A DNA stretch of 64,000 nt from Candidatus Algichlamydia australiensis. GTDB lineage: Bacteria; Chlamydiota; Chlamydiia; Chlamydiales; JAJFMI01. Positions 57,183 to 64,000 of the stretch are shown here, piece by piece (the stretch's first letter is position 1; each line of letters opens with the position of its first letter). Below the pieces are notes generated by a model. That model was not told where the DNA came from. It worked only from the letters and a program-made list of their open reading frames with translations, and did not search any database. Where the stretch lies: assembly GCA_033977065.1 (NCBI GenBank), contig JAXCHI010000003.1, forward strand, positions 448,001 through 512,000, read 5' to 3'. The position numbers and the translations under genes are program-made.

Positions 57183-58038
57183 TTAAAACGAATGTGATCT
57201 CACGGCCTTGTAGTAGCGGACGTAAAGAAGATGATCTGTTTCCTATGTATTGCATAAGGTGGAGCATGGTCAATAGGCCAGAGAACATTCCGTTTGTGCG
57301 CTTTCGTACTTCTTCAAATGTTTTCGATAATCTAATGGGGGGAGGCGGTGAATGTATAGAAAGAAAGGCTGATTTTTCTTCTGCTGACTTAGGAAAAAAA
57401 ACGGTGTGAACTAAGGTTCTCCCCTTAGGGTCTGAAAATTGAAATACTGTTTTAGGAAGGATTTCTGCAGCTACCATGTTTGCATTCGTTACTACCATAC
57501 TAGACAAAAAAGCTTGTAATGGGGGAGCTGCGCTTTTATCAAGATGAAATTTTCGTCTATTAGAGAGATCCCTCATTAACTCATCTTTGTCTACCGTAAG
57601 AAGTCCTCCAATTGCAATCATTGGAGCTGAGCTTGCGTTATAAAAAATTTTTTTCTTTCCTGTCGTTACTTCCGTCTCAAAGAGGTCTTCACCAAGCCCA
57701 AGGCTATGGTTGTCTTTATGGAATCTTTCTTGGGGGTCTGCAAAGGGTTTTATCGCATAGTTTATACGGGGTTTTACTGCGTAGAACAGCCCATTTTCTC
57801 CTTCAGAATGTGCTAAAATGTACATCGGACTTCCTTCGTCAAGGTCACCAGGTAGTCTTCTGCCAGGATATGCAGCAACACACTGCTCGAAAATTTCTGC
57901 TATTTTTTCATTAGGAGTTGCAGTTTGTAGCCATGGTTTCTCTGGATCTACATTTGTAAATTGTAGTTGGTTAGTAAGATGATCAAATGGTTTTACGCCT
58001 TCTGGTAAAATGCTATCTGCTCCCATAGAATACCCCAA
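57073..58038 (-). CDS. Orphan hypothetical protein; C-terminus read from repeat copy 2
   Basis: 321-aa ORF, no recognisable motif. Confidence 0.6.
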   Translation of the reverse strand: MGYSMGADSILPEGVKPFDHLTNQLQFTNVDPEKPWLQTATPNEKIAEIFEQCVAAYPGRRLPGDLDEGSPMYILAHSEGENGLFYAVKPRINYAIKPFADPQERFHKDNHSLGLGEDLFETEVTTGKKKIFYNASSAPMIAIGGLLTVDKDELMRDLSNRRKFHLDKSAAPPLQAFLSSMVVTNANMVAAEILPKTVFQFSDPKGRTLVHTVFFPKSAEEKSAFLSIHSPPPPIRLSKTFEEVRKRTNGMFSGLLTMLHLMQYIGNRSSSLRPLLQGREITFVLKSDSGSQGLKAFSTEDADRRKAECKSRHHGSVDNTT

Positions 58039-58100
58039 TTATTAAGGTTGTGTTTAGGGCAAGTTATGTTAAGAACGGGTTTATGTCAACACTATATTAC

Positions 58101-58249
58101 AGCGCGATAGCGGCAGTCGGGGCTTCAAGGCATTTTCCGCAGAAAATGCCGGTCGTCGCAAAGCCAAAACGCAAAACAGCCGCCATGGCAGTATAGACGA
58201 TACGGTGTGGCGGTTGTTTTGCGTTTTGGCGAAGCGAGGTGGAGCCCAA
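58101..58249. repeat. Family C structured repeat, copy 3 (inverted)
   Basis: Hairpins ggcattttc-cgca-gaaaatgcc and gccaaaacgcaaaacagccgcca...tggcggttgttttgcgttttggc. Confidence 0.85.
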
Positions 58250-58264
58250 TTAAAAAAGGAGATA

Positions 58265-60001
58265 TTAAACCGCAGGTTTAATATCTCTTATCTGGAGTTG
58301 AATACTAGACTTATTTAAAAAAGTATTGATTTGAGGTGTAAAGGCGACCTCTACGGAGGTCTTCTTGCTGCGTATGTTCGGGCGCTTAGGGGCTAGGTTA
58401 AAGCCAATCCCTTCGAGATTGCGCTCCGACTCTTCCAGGTAAACTTTGAGATGATCTTTTCCGACGATTTTGGGCGACCAGATCTGATTCGCTTTGCAGT
58501 AGAGGAGGGGAGCTGGATTCTCTGTACCAAAAGGTTCAAGCAGATGCATCATATCCATGAAATCGTAGGTAAGGTCAGCAAAACTAACATGAGCATCGAG
58601 GTGCAGTTTGGGGTGAATATCTTTTTCCGTAATGACTTTTTCTGCAGCTACGATAAACTCTTCTCGGAATGCGGGGATGTTTTTCTCTTCAATCGCAAGG
58701 CCGGCAGCAAAGTCGTGGCCACCGAAGTTGATGAAGTATTTGGAGAGATTGTGGAGCACGGAGAGTAGGGGGAATTCGGGAATAGTACGGATCGAACCTT
58801 TGCCTATACCATTTTCTAAAGAGATGAGGATTGTAGGACGGTTGTATTGTTTTGCAATGCGAGCAGTGATGATTGGAATAATGCCCGGGTGCCAATCTGA
58901 TGAGTCAAGAACGATAGCGCGTCGCTGCAAGATTCGAGGGTCGTTTGCAATTTTTTTCTGGACATCGAAGGAGTTATTACGGTCGATTTTTTGGCGCTCA
59001 ATGTTGTTAAGATCAAGCTCATTTGCCAGTTTTTCTGCAGCGGCAGGATCGCGTATAAGAAGCAGCTCAACACCTTTTTGTGGGTCGGCAATGCGTCCAA
59101 GACTGTTGAGACGAGGGGCCACTTTTGAAGCGATGCTCATGGTGGTTACATCGCTCTTTTTAATTTCACATACGTCTAGCAATTTTGTAAGCCCTACACG
59201 CTTGGTTTTGCGCAACTGCCTAAGACCGTAGCGCACCATGATGCGGTTCTCTCCGACAAGGGCTCCCATGTCGGCGATGGTTCCCATGGCAACTAGATCG
59301 AGGTAGCGTTTGAGATCAATTTTTGTGGCGCTTATCGTTCCAGAACCAATTAGTGAGCTTGTGAGAGCATGAACAAGTTTGAAGGCGACACCTACACCTG
59401 TGATGTCGCGGTTAGGATAGGTGCTCTTGTGAAGTTTCGGATTGAGGGTAGCAATGCAGTGGGGAAGTTTTGCAGTAGGCTCATGATGGTCGGTGATGAT
59501 GACATCAACACCTTGACCGGCGATCTCCTCTACCTCTTTTGCTGCAGTAATGCCGCAGTCTACAGTAATGATAAGGGTGCAAGAATTTTTTTTAGCAAAC
59601 TCTAATGCATCAAGTAGGATGCTTTTTGTGGTTGAGCGATTTTGAATGTAATAGAAGGCGTTTAGGTCGATCTCTTTTAGAAATTCTGTAAGCAGTGCCG
59701 TACCTGTGATGCCGTCGACATCATTATCTCCATAAATGAGAATATTCTCTTTGTTGCGGATTGCCTTCAAGATACGATTGACCGCTTTTGCCATATCGGC
59801 AAACAGCTGCGGATCGTGAAGATCGGGGAGTTTTGCGTAAAGAAAGTTATGGACATCATTGAGGCTTTTAAAGCCGCGCGATGCGAGTACTTGAGAAAGG
59901 ACCGGATGCAAATTAAATTCTTTAGTAATTTGATCACACCACTCCTGCTTGTATGCAGGGTAGATCCACTCGGGCTCTGAATTTTCAGGCTTTCGCATCA
60001 T
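58265..60001 (-). CDS. recJ: Single-stranded DNA exonuclease RecJ
   Basis: YGDNDVDG, TVDCG, TDHH, GGHDFAAG, LEPFG. Confidence 0.97.
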   Translation of the reverse strand: MMRKPENSEPEWIYPAYKQEWCDQITKEFNLHPVLSQVLASRGFKSLNDVHNFLYAKLPDLHDPQLFADMAKAVNRILKAIRNKENILIYGDNDVDGITGTALLTEFLKEIDLNAFYYIQNRSTTKSILLDALEFAKKNSCTLIITVDCGITAAKEVEEIAGQGVDVIITDHHEPTAKLPHCIATLNPKLHKSTYPNRDITGVGVAFKLVHALTSSLIGSGTISATKIDLKRYLDLVAMGTIADMGALVGENRIMVRYGLRQLRKTKRVGLTKLLDVCEIKKSDVTTMSIASKVAPRLNSLGRIADPQKGVELLLIRDPAAAEKLANELDLNNIERQKIDRNNSFDVQKKIANDPRILQRRAIVLDSSDWHPGIIPIITARIAKQYNRPTILISLENGIGKGSIRTIPEFPLLSVLHNLSKYFINFGGHDFAAGLAIEEKNIPAFREEFIVAAEKVITEKDIHPKLHLDAHVSFADLTYDFMDMMHLLEPFGTENPAPLLYCKANQIWSPKIVGKDHLKVYLEESERNLEGIGFNLAPKRPNIRSKKTSVEVAFTPQINTFLNKSSIQLQIRDIKPAV

Positions 60002-60050
60002 TGGTAGATAGGAGAATTATCCCCTATGCTACCACGTTATTCTCTTGATA

Positions 60051-63000
60051 TCAATTGGTTCTTTTCGCCTGCGAACTATTTCCGTTCAAAACCTTACTTT
60101 CTCTCTCGTGAAACTTTAGCAGAAGCGGAGCTGCAATAAAGAGGGAAGAGAGGGTCCCGAAGATGACTCCGAGAAGCATGACGAAAGCAAAGCCAAAAAT
60201 TGAGCTTCCACCAAGGATAACAATCGCAAGTAATACAGCGAGTGTTGTGGTAGAAGTCATGACTGTGCGGCTCAAGGTTGCGTTGAGTGCCCCATTAATA
60301 ATGGTTTTAAATGAGGTGCGGTTTTTCAGCTTTAGGTCTTCACGTATGCGGTCGAAGATGATGATCGTATCGTTTAGGGAGTAACCGACGATTGTCATCA
60401 AGGCAGCAATTGTTTTGAGATCAATTTGCAGAGGCACTCCAACAAGATAGAGTAGTGCAAGGGCTCCTAGCGTTACGACGACATCATGTGCTAGGCAGAT
60501 TGTGGCACTAACTGCATATTTGAACTCAAAGCGAATGGTGATGTAGAGCAAGATGCAGAGAAGTGCTAAGCTGAGGCCAAAGAGGGCGCTTTTGCGCATG
60601 CTATCAGACATCTGGCCACTAATACTTGACCAGGTTTGGTCGAGCTCTTGCAGTGACTTTTGTGTAAGTTCCACGTTGGATTGCTCAAGTGCTCCCACTA
60701 CCCAGTTGATGCGTGGGTTATTTTGGTAACTATACTTGACATCGGAGTCGAGGATCTCAAGTGGCATTCCATAGAATGGCTTGCTTCCTGCATCCATGCT
60801 TGTTCCGAAGAAGAGGCGTAGATGGTTGGCGGGTGCGAGTACGCGTACGTCAAAATCATTTTTAGAAGCGCCAGCCGCAAGTAGGGCGTTTTCTACTTGC
60901 TTGCGGTAGTCTGTTCCCGCTTCCGGTTCCACTTCAACAGTTAGAGAGTAGCCACCTGTGAAATCCATTCCCATAAGGGTATTTCTTTTTGTGAAGAGGG
61001 TATAGCCACCGGATATTGCGATCACAAGTGCTACAGCAACACATGGTTTAAAGAGTTTGAGGAAGTTGATCTTCTTCGCGCTCTGTAAGAGGCTTGCCAT
61101 AGGTAATTCTTTATTTTTGGGGTTTTGTGCCCAGCGAGTAAAGAAAGTGCGCGTCATAAAGAGCGCGGTAAACATCGAGGAGACAATCCCCACAATAAGA
61201 GTGATAGCAAAGCCTTTAATCGGTCCTGAGTTAAAGTTTAGCAGGATAAGGGCTGCGATGATTGTTGTGATGTTAGAGTCGGCAATAGCAGAGAAGGCTT
61301 TGCGATACCCTGTATTGATCGCAAGACCGATACGTCCACTGTTTTTGAACTCTTCGCGAATACGTTCGAAAACAAGTACGTTTGCATCGACTGCCATTCC
61401 CATAGTGAGGATGATTCCCGCAATCCCGGCAAGAGTGATTGTTGCCTGAATATTTTGGAGAGTGGCCCACATAATTAAAATGTTAAAGAGCACAGCAACA
61501 GAGGCGATTACACCAGCAAAGCGGTAGTAGCCAACCATCAAAACAAATACAAGGCCAAGAGCAATCAACATGGCTACAATTCCTTGCATTCGCTCTTTTT
61601 GTCCTAGTTCTGGGCTTACATTTTGCTCAGAAAGAATTTGTGGCGTGAAGGTCAAGGATCCCGCTTTGAGGTCCGATTCTAAGCGGTTGACTTCACGTGT
61701 TGTAAAACTTCCATAGATTGAAGCGTTGTTACGCAGTGGCTCTTCTAGGCCGGGGGCACTTATAATGGAACCGTTGAGGATTACTGCCATGCGCCATCCA
61801 CGTCCGCCTGAGTAGTTGCTCAAAGCAGAGCTTGCTACGCGATCTTTTGAGAAGGTCGCTGTCCAATCGTAAAAATCGTTGCGCGCTCCACTTGCAACTT
61901 CGAAAGAGAGGAAGTTTCCTTTCATTGGATCGTAAGAGCCGCGGATGTTTTCTAAGTTTGCTCCTTCAAGCGCGTAATTTTTAAATACGATAAGAAGGGG
62001 GTGCGTCTGGTTGTGCCACTCAGTGAAGTTATCTCCACGGAAAAGGGCAATCTTAGAAATGGAATCATTGAACGCGCTGCTTGCTGTCGTGTCATTTACA
62101 GAGGCGAGGCGCAAACCATTTTTATAAAGCATACGGGCTGCTTCAGAGCGGTGCCCTGAAACATTGCTCTCGCTCCCTCCTTCACCATAGAGATGACGCC
62201 AAGCGATCTGATTGATACTTTCAATATCTTTTTTCCCTGTTACAACAGCCTCGTTCCACACCTCTTGTAAGAAACGACTTGTCGCTTCTGAAAGGTTGGA
62301 GTTGCCAGTAGAGAATTGCTCATTCACAACATGGAAGTGCATGGAGCTTGCCTTGATCAAGTCGGCGGCAGAGAGTCCTTGCGCTCCAGGAAAATCAAGT
62401 GTGATGTGAGAGCCTTCACGTCGGATGGAGACTTCTGAAACTCCCATTTTATTCACGCGGCGAGAGAGTTCGTTGATTCCTTGTGAGATATCAGCTTCAT
62501 CAGTGACCAGGCGGTTGCTTGTGTCGCGTAGAGCGATTTGTACCGTCTTTCCTCCAGAAAGATCGAGTCCCCAGTGCAAAATTTTTCGTTCATCTCCGCG
62601 AAAGTATTTTTTTGTGCTTAAGAGAAAATTTGCCCAAAGGGGATTTGTGGTCGGTTTTGGGACTTCGAGCTTTGCATCGAGATCGGGCTTGCTCTGAGCT
62701 GCACTGTAGCTATCGCGCCATTTAAGAAGCTCTTCATGTTCGGTTGTTTCGATACGATTAAGCGTGAGGATACGTTGCTTGACGTTAGAAAATTCAAGGG
62801 TAGCGAAGCGATGTGTTCCGGTTGCCTCAAAACTTTCACGCGTAGCGCTCAAAAGATTTTGGTAGTAGTCTTCTGCTTCAAAAATGTAATCCGCAGCAAA
62901 ACGGCTCCCGAGTGGATAATTTCTGCCTGAGTAACCAGTATAACCATTTTGACGCAGCAACTTTTGTAGGTTACCAAAATCACGAATAAAGCTCTCTGCT

Positions 63001-64000
63001 TGTGGTGATTGTGGGTCTGCCTCATATCGGCTAACGATCTCATCGATTCCTTTTGCAATGACATAGATCGAGCTGTTGCGCATGCCCTGTGGCGGTTGGC
63101 CCGCTTCAAGTACAGGTGCGTAGAGTACAAGACCTAAATGCTTCTGATTTTTTGGAAGTCTTGCAAAACTTTCTGAATCGTAGATAGGGAATGTCTCGCG
63201 GCGTAGATCTTGATGCTCAGGATTCCAATTTTTCTCTAAAAAACTTTTTAGTTGCGCCATCTCTTTTTCAGCAACATTCCCAAGTTTAAGGCTCAAGAAA
63301 CTGTTGCTCTCTCCAAGACTTGAGAGGGCGATTTGAAAGTTATCTAGATGAGGGCGTACATCCTCACCAGTCTCGCGTGTAATGCGGGCAATTTCGTTGT
63401 AGATAAGCTGATCGAGCTCTTCTTTGCGGTGGCGGTTTCCCCCGTTTTCAAGAGAGGCTTGCAGCTTAAGAATATCGTTATGAAGTTTTAATTCTACTTG
63501 TTCAGTAATCCAATCAATTTCAATGCTTTCGATCAAAGGGTTGTGCTTGCCAACAGCAAGTGTTTGCGTGGGACTTGTTTTTCCCGGTGTTGGAGCGCTT
63601 GCAAGAGAGGACTGGATTTTTGAAAATGTTAGGGGAGAGGCACTCGCAGTAAAACTATTTTTCTGACGAGTAATGATGGCTGCGGCACTAGATAGACGCT
63701 TTTCATAGCTCTCGATTGTGTCGAGCTTCTGCTTTTTCACAGAATCAAGAAAAGATTCTTGTTTGCGCAGGTTTTCCTGCTCTCTTTCCAAATTGATTCG
63801 CTCTAAGCGAAATCGATCTTTTAAGCCGTTTAGTGCACTTGATAATTGATCAACAGCTGCAGCGCGGTTGTCGAAGCGTCCTTGAGTAAAGCTTGCATAG
63901 TAACGACGTGCAGCGGAAGAGCTCTCTCCCAAGGTGTCTGCGGCGTTAATAATGTTGCGCGAAAGGAGAAGAAGGAAGTCCGTAGATCTTGGATCTTGTG
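60051..64000 (-). CDS. secDF: Fused SecD/SecF translocase (5' part lies beyond the window)
   Basis: GLDLSGG, GMAVDANVLVFERIREE, GMDFTGG, GYSLNDTIIIFDRIRE; frame open to the window edge. Confidence 0.95.
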   Translation of the reverse strand, partial: QDPRSTDFLLLLSRNIINAADTLGESSSAARRYYASFTQGRFDNRAAAVDQLSSALNGLKDRFRLERINLEREQENLRKQESFLDSVKKQKLDTIESYEKRLSSAAAIITRQKNSFTASASPLTFSKIQSSLASAPTPGKTSPTQTLAVGKHNPLIESIEIDWITEQVELKLHNDILKLQASLENGGNRHRKEELDQLIYNEIARITRETGEDVRPHLDNFQIALSSLGESNSFLSLKLGNVAEKEMAQLKSFLEKNWNPEHQDLRRETFPIYDSESFARLPKNQKHLGLVLYAPVLEAGQPPQGMRNSSIYVIAKGIDEIVSRYEADPQSPQAESFIRDFGNLQKLLRQNGYTGYSGRNYPLGSRFAADYIFEAEDYYQNLLSATRESFEATGTHRFATLEFSNVKQRILTLNRIETTEHEELLKWRDSYSAAQSKPDLDAKLEVPKPTTNPLWANFLLSTKKYFRGDERKILHWGLDLSGGKTVQIALRDTSNRLVTDEADISQGINELSRRVNKMGVSEVSIRREGSHITLDFPGAQGLSAADLIKASSMHFHVVNEQFSTGNSNLSEATSRFLQEVWNEAVVTGKKDIESINQIAWRHLYGEGGSESNVSGHRSEAARMLYKNGLRLASVNDTTASSAFNDSISKIALFRGDNFTEWHNQTHPLLIVFKNYALEGANLENIRGSYDPMKGNFLSFEVASGARNDFYDWTATFSKDRVASSALSNYSGGRGWRMAVILNGSIISAPGLEEPLRNNASIYGSFTTREVNRLESDLKAGSLTFTPQILSEQNVSPELGQKERMQGIVAMLIALGLVFVLMVGYYRFAGVIASVAVLFNILIMWATLQNIQATITLAGIAGIILTMGMAVDANVLVFERIREEFKNSGRIGLAINTGYRKAFSAIADSNITTIIAALILLNFNSGPIKGFAITLIVGIVSSMFTALFMTRTFFTRWAQNPKNKELPMASLLQSAKKINFLKLFKPCVAVALVIAISGGYTLFTKRNTLMGMDFTGGYSLTVEVEPEAGTDYRKQVENALLAAGASKNDFDVRVLAPANHLRLFFGTSMDAGSKPFYGMPLEILDSDVKYSYQNNPRINWVVGALEQSNVELTQKSLQELDQTWSSISGQMSDSMRKSALFGLSLALLCILLYITIRFEFKYAVSATICLAHDVVVTLGALALLYLVGVPLQIDLKTIAALMTIVGYSLNDTIIIFDRIREDLKLKNRTSFKTIINGALNATLSRTVMTSTTTLAVLLAIVILGGSSIFGFAFVMLLGVIFGTLSSLFIAAPLLLKFHERESKVLNGNSSQAKRTN

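Noticed and set aside
57034..58249. Family C repeats as integron attC sites
   Set aside because: No clear RYYYAAC/GTTRRRY ends, the copies are inverted rather than direct, and no integrase is present.

Overview
Gene-dense, AT-rich chromosomal segment of an environmental chlamydia (Chlamydiota), inferred from an Npt1/Tlc-type nucleotide transporter, EUO, DUF2709 and the chlamydial gene orders rho-coaE-polA-S49 and euo-recJ-secDF. It is mostly housekeeping (trkAH, tRNA-Arg, ahpC, eno, rsgA, rsbU, cca, pgk, dnaQ, argS, epmB, murA, ispF, cysJ, gltX, tsp). Interspersed are candidate host-interaction genes (two tandem Ser/Thr kinases, an Inc-like coiled-coil protein, a HEXXH protease, a CPPED1-like phosphatase, three tandem small beta-barrel OMPs), three pseudogenes or relics, two unannotated small secreted peptides and four families of miniature palindromic elements. 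The most unusual feature is a Bro-N gene (25258-26091). A perfect 27-bp palindrome inside its coding sequence (encoding QPYDKIVRL) is copied exactly over the -35 box of its predicted promoter, and a compensatory variant (QLYDLIVQL) lies right after its stop. Beyond that variant is a synonymously diverged relic of the 3' end of the upstream licD gene. All family assignments come from motif recognition by eye; no searches were run.
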